Source: Octopus vulgaris
Lineage: Eukaryota
Direction: 5' to 3'
Length of the DNA: 64,000 bases
NCBI GenBank assembly: GCA_951406725.2
Contig: OX597831.1
Location: 25,048,001-25,112,000 of the forward strand
In this document: piece by piece, positions 13,616 through 27,088 of the stretch
Layout of the letters: each line of letters begins with the position of its first letter
Position numbering within the stretch: position 1 is the first letter of the stretch
Notes under the pieces: generated by a model
Database searches by the model: none
What the model saw: only the letters and a program-made list of their open reading frames with translations
Told to the model about the DNA's origin: nothing
Translations under genes and position numbers: made by a program

Positions 13616-13786
13616 TTAAAGTATCAATATTATGATGATGTGGCTGTTTATTTTTAGAAAAACATTGTAGCATAAGTGTGAGAGGTCAGATCTGGCCAGT
13701 TTGAACATAAAAATGTATAATATTTGGGCTGGATACGGCTGGTTTAAATGCTAAAGGGTTAAATATGAAGAAATTATTAACATCTA

Positions 13787-14170
13787 CGGGCACAGGCATG
13801 GCTATGTGGTAAGAAGCTTGCTTTCCAACCACATGGTCCCAGGTTCAGTCCCACTACATGACACCTTGCACAAGTATCTGCAATTATAGTCTCAGGCTGA
13901 CCAAAGCCTTGTGAGTGGATTTGGTAGATGGAAACTGAAAGAGGGCCGTCATATATGTGTATATCTGTCCGTCTGTGTTTGTATGCTTGACAATAAATGC
14001 TGGTGTGTTTACATCCCTGTAACTTAGCAGTTTGGCAAAAGAAACCAATGGAATAAGTACTAGGCTTACAAAAAATAAGTCCTGGGGTCGATTTCTTTGA
14101 CTGAACCCTTTGAGGTGGTGCTCCAGTATGGCTGCACTTAGATAACTGAAACAAGTATAAGAATAAAAGA
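13787..14170 (+). mobile_element. SINE family A
   Basis: Head ggcacaggcatggctatgtggtaag through tail gaaacaagtataagaataaaag. Confidence 0.85.
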
Positions 14171-14449
14171 AACTTCTGCACAAACATCAAATCGATGTGA
14201 TAGTTCACTGTGCTGGATATTAATAGAATAACCTATCCTGCTAATGCTAGGTGATTGAAAACTTGCAGAACAGATGAGATATTTGTGGAGATGAATATTT
14301 ACTGTTAAAAATAACAAAAAGTAAAACATTTATAGAGGGAAAAGCAGGACTTAAGAGGTGCAGTTCTTACCTTGGTCTGCAGGGAAGTGACAGATATGTG
14401 GTTCAAGTCAAGTCAGTGTGTGTATTGCTCTTTTTCTCACACAGATTAA

Positions 14450-14671
14450 CCCTTTCGTTACTGCAATTGTTTTGAGATGTTCTGTGTCTCTTTCAATTAT
14501 TTTAGATATAACAAAGAATTTAGTAAAATAACTTAGTCATCATTATGCTAGTGTTAGGAACATAAATTGGGACTAAGGTTTGGTGGAAAATTTTAATTTA
14601 AAACTTATGGAAACGAAGACATTTGCATGATGGAGTCAGAACCGGTTTCAGCTGGGTTGGTAACGAAAGGG
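14450..14671 (+). mobile_element. piggyBac-type MITE family A
   Basis: TTAA-ccctttcgttac ... gtaacgaaaggg-ttga. Confidence 0.85.
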
Positions 14672-14756
14672 TTGATATTTGTTTTGCTATTAAATTATAT
14701 GAATAAAATATAAACACAGTAATATAATAAATACTCTATTTTATAGACATATTATG

Positions 14757-15065
14757 TAAATCCAACAGTGTACAAACAGTGATATAAAAATACAGTAATA
14801 CATTGCCTTCGAAATGTGGAGTAGTTGAAACAAGGACAACTGAAGAAGAGAATATTCTTTATGTTGTATGTCTCGTTTCTCTTTTGTTTTTGTCGTTGTT
14901 CAAAAAAAAGTTCGTTTCTCGTTTCCATGTTTTTGTTTTTATGTTTTCGTTTCTCATTGTGTTCAAAGTTTTTTTGATGTCCTGTACCCATATATGCATG
15001 TATATACATATATACGTAGGTATGTACATATGTGTATGTATATATGCATATATTTATATATTATG
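14757..15065 (+). repeat. Unclassified dispersed repeat
   Basis: gttcgtttct...ttttcgtttctcattgtgttcaa...gtcctgtacccatat shared with 62345-62515. Confidence 0.65.
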
Positions 15066-15115
15066 TATATTATTACATACATATGTATATCTATATATAA
15101 TGCATATGTATTATA

Positions 15116-15167
<52 letters not shown>

Positions 15168-16959
15168 ACATATTATATATGTATATATATTATATGTATA
15201 TATCTATGTGCGTATATATGTATATATATATGTAGAAAGTTGTTCTTTCTTAAGGATACATTATCCATATTGTATACACACATTGATGTATAGACAATAA
15301 TGTTTAGATAGTGTTTAGACATACTAATTTATCAACATGGACACAGTAGTAATGTCGAGATTCTATGCTGTTTAGACATACTAATGTATGAACACAATAA
15401 CGTCTAGACATGATAATGTACGGACAATTTTTATATAAACACAACACAACACAACAATATGTAAATGATGTGAAAACCCAGACACACTTTTCGTTGGACC
15501 GAAAGGAAGAAACTGACAAAACTTTCCAACAGAAATGTCTATGAGAATAAGCAATGATAGATAAGTCTGTAGGGATATTTCAAACTAGATTCTCTACACG
15601 TTGTATTGGACAATTACTGAATTTATTCTCAGGGCTGAATCCTAGATGAGAGTCATGTTTATTGGTTCATTTCCCCTTAAAAATGAGTATAGAGTATATA
15701 GATATGATGTATACACAACCACAAAAATTCTCATCAATAGTACAAAAACAAAGGAATCAAATAAACACATTCTTTCTTATTTCTTAGATCTTTTAGTACA
15801 GTGTACGTAATTCCATTTGTTTGAGTGTCTGTGTTTATGTTAGGGTTTGTGTGTGTTTGTGTCATTGTTTGTGCTTGTGTATATTTGTGCTTGTGAGGTA
15901 TTTTAAACCTCTCATCTATCGGTTGTATTACTCAAAGTTGATATTCCCAAGTACCAAACCAAGTTTTCTCACATCTATCAAAGTTAATATCTAAATTCAC
16001 CTACAGCTCTCTCGCTCCTTCTCTTTCTACTCCCTTTCTCGCCCTTTTCTTCCCTCTCTCTCTCTCACTCTCTCTCTCTCTCTTTCTGTCTCTCTCTTTC
16101 TCTCTCTCTCAAGACAATATCGCTGCAAGCAGAAAACAATCAAAGCTGCTGGGAGCTGGGATAAACCAATTTAATCAACTTAAACATCAAATAGAAACCA
16201 TTCTTTTGTTCTCTTTTAATACATGGATCCTAAAATGTGGAAATGCTGAAGGAATGGGTCGTTATTTGCTACAAAGCCATATATGACAAGATTATAATAA
16301 TAAGATCAGCTACAGTAATTAGCAATTTCAAATACTTGAAATGATTACACTGGATAAGTTATCACTTGAGAAATTTAGCTTAATTCTCTTGTGTGTTTGA
16401 TTCTTGTTTATTCAATACACACTACAGAATGACTGCTTAACAATATGAATGCTTTGTCCTTTTCTTCATTCTGCTTTGTTTTATTTTTTCTTCAATAGGA
16501 ACAGGTTTTAGTAAATATTGTTAAGTCTAATAGAAAAATGCAATTGTTGAAGCAGAAGAGCTTTTGAAATCTGTTGCAAATATCTGTATTGTTCTTGACC
16601 AAATATTTGGCTACAATTCTAAATGAGTTTCAAGTCAGCAGACTTTCTTCACAAGTTCTGAAGAATACATAAATAAGTTGTGATTTGCAGGGAAATTAGC
16701 ACAACAAACTATTTGAAGATGCTCACTTTTTGCATTCTTTTCATTTGAGTCTCAAAGACTGTATATTATTTCGTGGGAGAGAGAAGTACTGTGTTGTATG
16801 ATAATTATGTTTATCTTTACCGTTTCGGGAGAATTAAGGATGTAAATAAAGTGAAATGGCTTCAGATGAGAATCGAAACTGCACTGTAGTTTTGGCTTGA
16901 TAGGAGTTTCTTTCATACTCAGAAGTTGTCTGCTAAATAACATACATGTAATGATTCCT

Positions 16960-17395
16960 AGTCTTTTCTTCTCAAGGCACAAGGACTAAAATTTGGGGGG
17001 AGGAGGGGACAGTCAATTAGTGCACAACTGGTATTTAATTTATCGACTCTGAAAGGATGAAAGGCAAAGTTGACCTCAGTGGAATTTGAACTCAGAACAT
17101 AACAGCAGACAAAATACTGCTTAGCATTTCACCCAGCGTGCTAACGATTCTGCCAGCTCACCTTGTAATGATTTATGATTTCTTTATTGCCACACAGAGG
17201 AGACAAAAAAGGGCAGACAAAGGGATTAAGTCGATTACGTCGACCCCAGTGCATAACTGGTACTTAATTTATTGACCCTGAAAGGTTGAAAGGCAAAGTC
17301 GACCTTGGCGGAATTTGAACTCATAACGTAGTGGCAGACGAAATACTGCTAAGCATTTTGGCCGGCATGCTGATGTTTCTGCTAGCTCACCACCT
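16960..17395 (-). mobile_element. SINE family B, two adjacent copies
   Basis: gaaaggatgaaaggcaaagtcgacctcggcggaatttgaactcagaac motif twice; heads ccagctcacc / ctagctcacc. Confidence 0.8.
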
Positions 17396-17609
17396 TGTAA
17401 TGATTTCTATTATAAGCACAAAGCCTCAAATTTGAGAAATGTGTTCAATTAATTAGATGAATCCATTCATGCTCTGGTTATGTGAGGAAAGTTAAAACCT
17501 CTCTGTGTTGCTTTGTCATCTCTTGGCTGATATTGGCTGTGTGTTTGGTATAAGACAACATTTTTCTCACAGCAATAACAAAAAAAACAAAAAAGCAAGA
17601 AAATAGGAA

Positions 17610-18015
17610 CAGGTATAGCTGTGTGGCAAGAAATTTTCTTGAAAAAATTTTCTTGTTCTGGCTTCAGTCCCACTGCATGGCACCTTGGGCAAGTGTCTTC
17701 TACTTTCTACTATAGCCTTGAGCTAACCAAAGCCTTATGAGTGGATTTAGTAGAAGGAAACTGAAAGAAGCCCATCATATATATAGCTATGTGTGTGTGT
17801 CTTTGTGCCTGTCTTTGTTCCCACCGCCCACCACTTGACAACTGGTGTTGGTGTGTTTATGTTCCCATAACTTAGTGGTTCATCAAAAGAGACCTATAGA
17901 ATAAGCACCAGGCTTAATAAAAGAAATAAGAACCAGGGTCAATTCAGTTAACTAAAATTCCTCAAGGCAGTGCCCCAGCATGACCAGAATCAAATAATTG
18001 AAACAAGTAAAAAAA
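17610..18015 (+). mobile_element. SINE family A
   Basis: gcaccttgggcaagtgtcttctact...gaataagcaccaggctt... Confidence 0.85.
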
Positions 18016-19380
18016 AAATCAAAGAAGAAAAATTCTGAATAACTCCTACTTTATTAAAGACACACAATAAAATCGAAACAATGCCATGTCTCCTTTGAGT
18101 TTTGTCATGTTTTCAATTATTAAACAATTCTTGATGTGTCTTCACTCTCAGATCACCTTCTATGTTTGTACAAATCTGATTGTGCTAACAGTCACTGATA
18201 TACTTTAGAATTTGTTGTCTGGAACCTTGATGACTTGTGTTAGTGCAAACAATTTAATTAAATTGAACCACAGAATAATTGGGAGGAAGTTAATTTAACA
18301 AAAGACATGCTAGGAATTTGAATGCTTGTCATCACAGGAGTTCTAAACTTTGCCGATAAATTACATGAATAAAACTTGTTTCAGTATCTGTGAATATTTT
18401 GATCAAGAGATTAAAATGTTGCATAAATTGTAACTAATTATAAATTTTATTATCTTGGCAAAAAAATTTTAAAAAAACATAGAAATAACTGGGAAAAACA
18501 AACAACTTTATTTATAATCTATATTTTGCAGATAATATGAATGTGTGTGTACATGTGTGTGCTGCTGTTGTTGTTGTTGCTGCTATTGTTGTTGCTGTTT
18601 TTTTTTTTCAAAAAATGTAAAGCTAATATTCAAGCACTAATAATAATTTTTTTTCCCCCAGTTGCAATTATTTAGAACATTCAAGACAAAATTATTATTT
18701 AATACAATTACAATAAATTATTGTGAATTGCAAGTTTATTAATCACATAACAAAGTGGTGGTGGTAGTAGTAGTAGTAGTTGTAGTAGTTGTAGTAGTAG
18801 TAGTAGTAGTTACATAAGAGAGATGGTGTAGTACACAATTAGATTTAAAGCCAAGGTGGGGAATAAAGAATTAAGCAAATCCAGCAGACTTAACAAATTT
18901 TTTAATGATTTTGTTATAATTTGCGACCGTCACCCCCAAACAAAATCTCAACATTTAGCTTTTAACTTGAAGTATTTAGTAATGGCAATACAAGTTTTAT
19001 TGTGATTCTCTAATTATATTTTATTTCAGTTACACTAATTTCTTTTTATTATATTTGTGGTTAGATTTAACAAACTCAAATGCTTAGAGCAACCATGTTT
19101 TTTTTAATGAATTAGTTAAACAATTGAATAGGCAGCACCCATCACTTTTAGTGAGGCCTTTTGTTTTTAACTGTTTAACACATCCCTGCTATCTTGTTGT
19201 TCACCCTCAGGTCTGTCCTAATGTAAATATCTATTCAGCAAGATAGTGTTCCAGTCATTCTGGGCACTCCTAACCAAGATGTCCCTCTACCTTTTGCTCT
19301 CTTTGTTGCTTTCAAAACTTCAGGTTTTTCACTAATCACAATACTTATTCCTTTCTCCCCAGGACTTCTTCCCTCTGGAA

Positions 19381-20309
19381 CAGTTGTTCTCAACCATTTT
19401 TTTGGTTTTGGGCCCCATGGTTCCTATTTTACCAAGGGTGGTGGGACTCTCATAGCCATTTGATATCTAAAAACTCCTATTATATTTCTATGATTAAATA
19501 TTATTAAGAATTGTATAAAAATGGTTAAAGCATTCTGTGTATTGTAGAAACATAAGCAATTTCTTATCTCTCTTTTTCTCTTTTACTCTTTTACTTGTTT
19601 CAGTCATTTGACTGCGGCCATGCTGGTGAACCACCTTTAGTCGAGCAAATCGACCCCATGACTTATTCTTTGTAAGCCTAGTACTTATTCTATCGGTCTC
19701 TTTTGCCGAACCGCTAAATGACAGGAACGTATACACACCAGCATCGGTTGTCAAGCGATGTTGTGTGTGTGTGGGGACAAACACAGATACAGACATAAAC
19801 ACATAAAAATAAATAAATGCTCCCTTTTAAAGCCTAGCCAGGCTCGTGGGCCTGGTCTCCTAGTTTCTATGGCATATATGTTTGCCAGCTTGATGGGACA
19901 CCAGTTCATCACAGCGTTACTCATTTTTGCCAGCTGAGTGGACTGAAGCAACGTGAAATGAAGTGTTTTGCTCAAGAGCACAACGTGTCGCCCAGTCCAG
20001 GAATTGAAACTACAATCTTATGATCATGGTGCTGACACCATAACCACTAAGCCATGTGCTTCCACACATGCACACATACATATATATATATATACATACA
20101 TATATACGATGGGCTTCTTTCAGTTTCTGTCTACCAAATTCACTCACAAAGCTTTGGCTGGCTTGAGGCTATAGTAGAAGACACTTACCCAAGGTGTCAC
20201 ACAGTGGGAATGAACCCAGAACCATGTGGTTGGTAAGCAAGCTAAATTTTAACAACAAAATCTTATATGGATGCCCAAGGGCCATATGGACCACGGTTGA
20301 GAATCACTG
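19381..20309 (+). mobile_element. hAT-type MITE containing nested SINE A (19572-20243) and SINE C (19820-20065)
   Basis: TIRs cagttgttctcaacc / ggttgagaatcactg; 8-bp TSD ctctggaa / ctctagaa. Confidence 0.85.
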
Positions 20310-21045
20310 CTCTAGAATCTCCTCATTGCTCATGTATTTTCTGCAGATTTCAATATGCAAGAGTTTAAAGAAATATTAGTTTTATATTTTGACACAAGGC
20401 CAGCAATTTTGGGGGAGTAGCAAAAGTCAATTGCATCATCTGGTACTTAATTTATCGACCATGAAAGGATGAAAGGCAAAGTCGACCTAGACGGAATTTG
20501 AACTCAGAGTGTAACTACAGATGAAATGCTGTTAGACATTTTGCCTGGCATGCTAACAATTCTGCCACCTTGCCACCCAAGTTTAAAGAAATGTTTTTGG
20601 CACCAACCTCACCAACTTTCAAGGTTTTGGGTACTGTCCCTTCATTCACACCTAGGGACTTAAACAAAAATTAAATGACGCTTGCAGCTTTTTAGTCAAC
20701 ACATAACTAAGTGGACATTAACCAATAAGTTTTGCTTTTATTTTAAGACAAAAGGATGTGATTTAGCTGCTGTTTTTAGGTCAAGAAGCACATCAAAGTA
20801 TCCTTATTTATTTGGCTGTGTAACTAAGAAGATTACTTCTGGAGCATACTGGACTTATTTTGTGTGTGCTTGTGTGTGTGTGTGAGTGTATGTGTGTGTG
20901 TGTATACACACACACACACACACACACACACAGAGGCTTGATGAAGCAAACAAGTGAAATATAACTGAATATGTATGTTCTGTGTGTATATGTGTGTATG
21001 CCTGTGCATGTATATGTGTGTGTGTACATACATATATACAAATAA

Positions 21046-21084
<39 letters not shown>

Positions 21085-21089
<5 letters not shown>

Positions 21090-21385
21090 AATGCCCTCTT
21101 CTGCCATGAAAGATCATGGGATTGCACTTAGAAAGTTCCCCTCCAAGGCACAAGTTCAGGCAAGGTTGCTTGTGGAAGACCAGCAGTCACCCATGCAAAC
21201 TAACCTTCCCTTTCCAAGCCAATGACGTTATCCAAGAGAAAGGCAAAGGCCAATACAGCTTGGTACCTGTGACATTGCGAGTCATTTCTGCAGCTGAGTT
21301 AACTGGAGCAATGTGAAATAATCTGCATTTCTCAAGAACACAACACACAGCCCAGTCCGGGAATCAAACTCACTACCTCAAGATT
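21085..21385 (-). mobile_element. CORE-type SINE with a distinct 3' tail
   Basis: Shares cagctgagt.aactggagcaa.gtgaaat...ctcaagaacacaaca with family C but has a different 3' part. Confidence 0.7.
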
Positions 21386-21931
21386 GATATATCATTTAGG
21401 TATAAAGTGACATTAGTTACTCAAGGGCTTTGCTGTCACATGGTTCTGGATTTGATCTTACAACATGATATCTTCAACAAATATCTTCTACAACAGGTCT
21501 GGTTTAACCAATAATTGTCATTAGAATTTGGTATGTGAAAATGCTACATGGAAGAGCGTCATGTGTGTATAAGTGATTGTGCATGCATATGTGCAAAGCA
21601 TTGTCCTTGAACTTGCCCATGTTTATGTTAGAGTTGTTGTCATTTTAAAATGCACCACTTAGTGTTTCATTAAATGTATAGATTGATAAAGGGAGTGACA
21701 GATTAAATGTAAGGGGTTATCGTGATTGAATAAACTTGTCAAGGCAGGGCCCAGAATGACAAAATTTACTAAAACGAGCTACAGAATAGCAAGAAGAAAC
21801 ACACACAAGACCCCCTCCACACACACACACACACTCTGCATATTTGGTTTTATTCCAATTGTTTGCTTCTGTGAAAGAACTCAGGAGGTTGAGCTTCCAA
21901 CCAGGACTTTTGCAATACCCTTAAAGCCAGG

Positions 21932-23063
21932 CAAGCTGGCAGAAACGTTAGCATGCCGGGCGAAATGCTTAGCGGTATTTCGTCTGCCGTTATGTTCTGA
22001 GTTCAAATTCCGCCAAGGTCGACTTTGCCTTTCATCCTTTCGGGGTCGATAAATTAAGTACCAGTTACGAACTGGGGTCGATGTAATCGACTTAATACCT
22101 ATGTCTGTCCTTGTTTGTTCCCTCTGTGTTTAGCCCCTTGTGGGTAATAAAGAAATAGGTATTTCGTCTGCCGTTATGTTCTGAGTTCAAGTTCCGCCAA
22201 GGTCAACTTTGCCTTTCATCCTTTCGGGGTCGATAAATTAAGTATCACTTACACACTGGGGTTGATGTAATCGACTTAATCCATGTGTCCTTGTTTGTCC
22301 CCTCTGTGTTTAGCCCCTTGCGGGTAGTAAAGAAATAGGTATTTTGTCTGCTGCTACATTCCGAGTTGAAATTCCACTGAGGTTGACTTTGCCTTTCATA
22401 CTTTCGGGGTCGATAAATTAAGTACCATTTACGCACTGGGGTTGATGTAATCGACTTAATCCGTGTGTCTGTCCTTGTTTGTCCCTTCTGTGTTTAGCCC
22501 CTTGTGGGTAATAAAGAAATAGGTATTTCGTCTGCCGTTATGTTCTGAGTTCAAGTTCCGCCAAGGTCAACTTTGCCTTTCATACTTTCGGGGTCGATAA
22601 ATTAAGTACCATTTACGCACTGGGGTTGATGTAATCGACTTAATCCGTGTGTCCTTGTTTGTCCCCTCTGTGTTTAGCCCCTTGCGGGTAGTAAAGAAAT
22701 AGGTATTTTGTCTGCTGCTACATTCTGAGTTGAAATTCCACTGAGGTTGACTTTGCCTTTCATACTTTCGGGGTCGATAAATTAAGTACCATTTACGCAC
22801 TGGGGTTGATGTAATCGACTTAATCCGTGTGTCCTTGTTTGTCCCCTCTGTGGTTAGCCCCTTGCGGGTAGTAAAGAAATAGGTATTTTGTCTGCTGCTA
22901 CATTCTGAGTTGAAATTCCACTGAGGTTGACTTTGCCTTTCATACTTTCGGGGTCGATAAATTAAGTACCATTTACGCACTGGGGTTGATGTAATCGACT
23001 TAATCCGTGTGTCTGTCCTTGTTTGTCCCTTCTGTGTTTAGTCCCTTGTGGGTAGTATAAAGA
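21932..23063 (+). mobile_element. SINE family B with head plus six tandem 180-184-bp body units
   Basis: Units start (ggtatt) at 21974, 22158, 22338, 22522, 22702, 22882; 18-bp TSD aatacccttaaagccagg at 21914-21931 and 23064-23081. Confidence 0.92.
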
Positions 23064-23762
23064 AATACCCTTAAAGCCAGGAACTATTTGTTGTTCTTAA
23101 GCCACAGGTAAACCCTGATCCAGTAAATTTTATGATCAAGTAGATTTGCAGCAGTGACAACACCATTTTGCTTTTTTTTGGCTTTGTTTTATTTTGCTTT
23201 GTTTTTCAAATATAGTGTTTCACTTTTGTATTTAAATAAACAATGGAAATCCCCATGATGCGTGTATGCCACATGTGTACATGTGAGTACAAGTGCTTGC
23301 ACTTTCTAACAGAGAAGAGGGAAGAAACAGAAGGTTATGATTGGAATATGACTTAGCTGCTATTACTAACATATTGACCAGCCACCTAGAGGTACATTTG
23401 TTCACCTAACTGTCTTTGTTTGCAAATGTGAATTAGAAGTTGAACTTGATTGTTAGCCAAGTAAACTTGTCAAGCAGAGTTGAAAGCTTTGCTTGAAGCA
23501 TAACACACTTATTCTTGTAGTAAAAGTTTTGAATGAATAACTCTGTTACAGTAATTCACTCTCTGCCCTCACAGCTACTTCACCTTATTTGCTCTATCCT
23601 TTTGTTGTATTACAAATGCTTAATACATGGAACAGCTTCTATTTATTAGGGATTTCTGTGTAATATCTATAACTATGTTCTATGTTCTGACAGAATGATT
23701 CTATAACAATATGAGTGAGTGTTGGAAAGTTCCTGGCTTAGGGTAAAAGAAAATAGAGGATC

Positions 23763-24062
23763 TCTTTTACTCTTTTACTTGTTTCAGTCATTTGACTGTG
23801 GCCATGCTGGAGCACTGCCTTTAGTCGAGCAAATCGACCCCAGGTCTTAAACTTTGTAAGCCTAGTACTTATTCTATCGCTCTCTATTGCCAATATACGA
23901 CGGGCTTCCTTCAGTTTCCATCTACCAAATCCATGCACAAGGCTTTGGTCGGCCTGACGCTATAGTAGAAGACATTTGCCCAAGGTGCCACGCAGTGGGA
24001 CTGAACCCGGAACCATGTGGTTGGTAAGCAAGCTATTTACCACACAGCCAGTCCTACACCTA
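23763..24062 (-). mobile_element. SINE family A, internally deleted
   Basis: Tail ctcttttactcttttacttgtttcagtc and head cacacagcc present; middle missing. Confidence 0.85.
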
Positions 24063-24401
24063 TATGCCACATATCTAGCATTTTTCTTTAGTTCTACCAC
24101 TTATCAACTAATTAAGACAATAATCTTTTACTTTTTATTTGCTTCAGTCACTAGACTGCGGTCATGCTGGAGCACTGCCTTGAAGAATTTTTAGTCAGAT
24201 AAATCAACCCTGTACTTTTTTTTAATCTCTTGTGCTTATTTTATTGGTCTCTTTTGCCAAACCTCTAAGTTACAGAGCACGTTAACACTATAACAGTGGC
24301 AGTTACGAGGTGTGGTGAACAAACACACATGCACACACACATGATGGGCTTCTTTCAGTTTTCATCTACCAAATCTACTCACATGGTTTTGGCTGACCTA
24401 A

Positions 24402-24727
24402 GGCGGCATTCTTTCGGTTTAACTCGACTATACAACAACAGGAACTCCGTTGTTTCCGTGACAACTCGACAATTCACTTTGGATATCTTCGTGACCTCCA
24501 TGACAATGACAACTGATGACAGCTACTAAAATAAGAGGAAGAGAAGAAAGCTAGTGGGTTGTGTGTGTATGTTTGTGTGCGCTTCTTCTTGTCTGTGTGT
24601 CTGTGTGTGCATGCCTGTCGTCATTGTCACAGAGGTCACGAAGGTATCCGAAGTAAATTGTCGAGTTGTCACGGAAACAATCGAGTTCTTGTTATTGCAT
24701 CGTCGAGTCAAACCGAAAGAATGCTCC
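24402..24727. mobile_element. PIF/Harbinger-type (Tourist-like) MITE inserted in a SINE A copy (24125-24840)
   Basis: ~110-bp imperfect TIRs gg..gcattctttcggttt.actcgac / gtcgagtcaaaccgaaagaatgctcc; TAA TSD at 24399-24401 and 24728-24730. Confidence 0.85.
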
Positions 24728-25847
24728 TAAGGCTATCATACAAGACACTTACCCAGTGTGCCATGTAGTGGGACTGAACCTGGATCCAAGTGGTTGGGAA
24801 GAAAACATCTTGTTCTTGCCACACAGCCACACACACATACCTATTTTATTTTATTTTAGTTTTTTATAAAATATCTGTTTTACACTAGTTGCTCCAAGTT
24901 TCCTCTTTAATCTATTGGCCATTCTCTGTGATGACATATTTCATTTTACATACAAAAGTGAAAGTAAATGTATTTGACATTCACACCTAGAGTTAACCAA
25001 TAACACATATAATTCAATATTTATATTATATTGCTGTGAAGGAAATATTATGAATATCCACTGATATACGTGTATAAAACAAATTGTTTTATTAAATAGA
25101 TAGCATAATACTTGTTGTATGATTGCCTTCTTCATTATAAACACTTTCCTTTTGTACATATCTAAAATGTCATGTAATTTTCTATATAGTATTTAATTGA
25201 TAGTATCACAACAACGAAGTTGTTTACATCATAGAGTATGTGTTTTTGATTTCTTTTCTTTTGTTTTTCTTTTTTTTTTTTTTTTTGTCTATCAATTGAT
25301 ACAAAACAATATCCTAGCTTCCACTATGAAGATAATGATCACTTGTCATGAAAACAGGAAATTCGAATATCTTTGCAATCATGAGAATTTCCGTAGACTA
25401 GCAGGCTGTAGAGTATGAAAATAGAAAATTTTTGACATGTCAGTCATTAGTTCTGCTAGGTGTAGGACACATGTGAAGGGAACATTCGAACAGATTTCCT
25501 TTCAATAAAAATCTATGTCTGAGCTTAGGAAAACTAAATTATTCGTTTGAATAAATCTATTAGAAAATTTGAAATAATGGTTTCAAATTTTGGCACAAGG
25601 CGGGTTGTGTTAAATTGATTACATTGACCCCCAGTGTTTCACTGGTACTTATTTTATTGACTCTAAACAGATGAAAGGCAAAGTCAACCATGGCAGAATC
25701 TAAACACAGAACATAAAGATGAATGAAATGCCACTAAGCATTTTGACCAGCGTGTTGACAATTCTGCCAGCTCACCTTGAAATAATGTTAAATAAATAGG
25801 AAATCAATTAACCCATATATGCCCATAAAAAAAATGAAGTCTTAAAA

Positions 25848-26135
25848 TTGTGAGTGGATTTGGTAGATGGAAACTGAAAGAAGCTCATTGTATATATGTA
25901 TATATATATATGTATGTGCGTATATATATTTGTGCATCTGTGTTTGTCCCCCGAACATCGCTTGACAACCGATGGTGGTGTGTTTACGTCTCCGTAACTT
26001 AGTGGTTCGGCAAAGGAGACCAAATAAGTACTAGGCTTACAAAGAGCAAGTCCTGGGGTCGATTTTCTCGACTAAAGGTTGTGCTCCAGCATGGCCACAG
26101 TCAACTGACTGAAACATGTAAAAGAATAAAAGAGT
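25848..26135 (+). mobile_element. SINE family A, 5'-truncated
   Basis: ttgtgagtggatttggtagatggaaactgaaag to gtaaaagaataaaagag. Confidence 0.85.
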
Positions 26136-26929
26136 AGAAGAACACATTTGGGAGAAATTTTTAGATTATCACATCTAGGTGTTTGATTGGCTGCTTTTAG
26201 TTCATTTGACACCCTTATGTTATCATTGTTGCTGTTTATTGGCCACCAGCTGAATTTCATCAAATGCATTCCAAACATGACCACCCTATCTTTTATTTGG
26301 ACATAATACATTCAGATTTAGGGATACAATTAGGGTTGGATTGGACAGTGTCAGACCATACTATCCAATATCTCCTTTAATTTTTAAGGCCTTTATTTAG
26401 ATGTGATCTGAGGAAGATTTGGCTGCTATTTCTGGCCTGTTGAGCAACTATGGCAGAGGTTCTGTTGTCAGTATTGGCATCATCCAATATCTTTTATTCA
26501 TGCAAAGTTGCAAATTTTCAGGTGAGAGAGAGAGAGAGAGCTTGTGGATTTAATTGAATCTCTGCTTATTGTTCTGATGCTCGGCCTCCACTATTTCTGA
26601 TAACAAAATCGATGCTTTGGAAAAGGTATTTAAAATAAAAACAGAGATAAAGATTGATCAAAATTTGATGATTAACCTTACCTGATGCAGTTCCGTCACA
26701 TTATTGACTAATGAATATAATAATAAATGAATATATTTACACACATTGTCAACATATTGATGTTGGTTGGCTTCTATTGAAAACTTTATAGCCAAGAGTT
26801 AAAAGAAAAGCTCTGCTACCACAAAAAGAAAAAGAATAAAGAAATATGGAGGAATAATGGGAAGATCATAGTTTTCTCCACTAAAATGTTGACAAAAATG
26901 TAGTCTATAGTTTTTGCAACACCCACATG

Positions 26930-27060
<131 letters not shown>

Positions 27061-27088
27061 TAAAAAATATATATATATATATATATAT

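Larger units (their letters stand above)
13064..13758 (+). mobile_element. piggyBac-type MITE family B carrying two family A MITEs
   Basis: Ends ...aatgctaaaggg-TTAA; same family at 35011-36538 and, inverted, at 60080-60293. Confidence 0.7.

Noticed and set aside
14800-14860. Hammerhead in the 14.8-kb repeat (cattgccttcgaaa; ctgaaga)
   Set aside because: Core halves are in the wrong order or incomplete; cannot be supported from this copy
21974-23063. CRISPR-like or coding tandem array
   Set aside because: Units are near-identical end to end with no unique spacers and match a dispersed SINE; the context is eukaryotic
26500-26527. ATG-containing first exon for the 28953 exon, or a recursive splice site (ttttcag|gtgaga)
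   Set aside because: The ATG frame ends in phase 1, incompatible with the open frame of the next exon; a single AG|GT match is expected by chance
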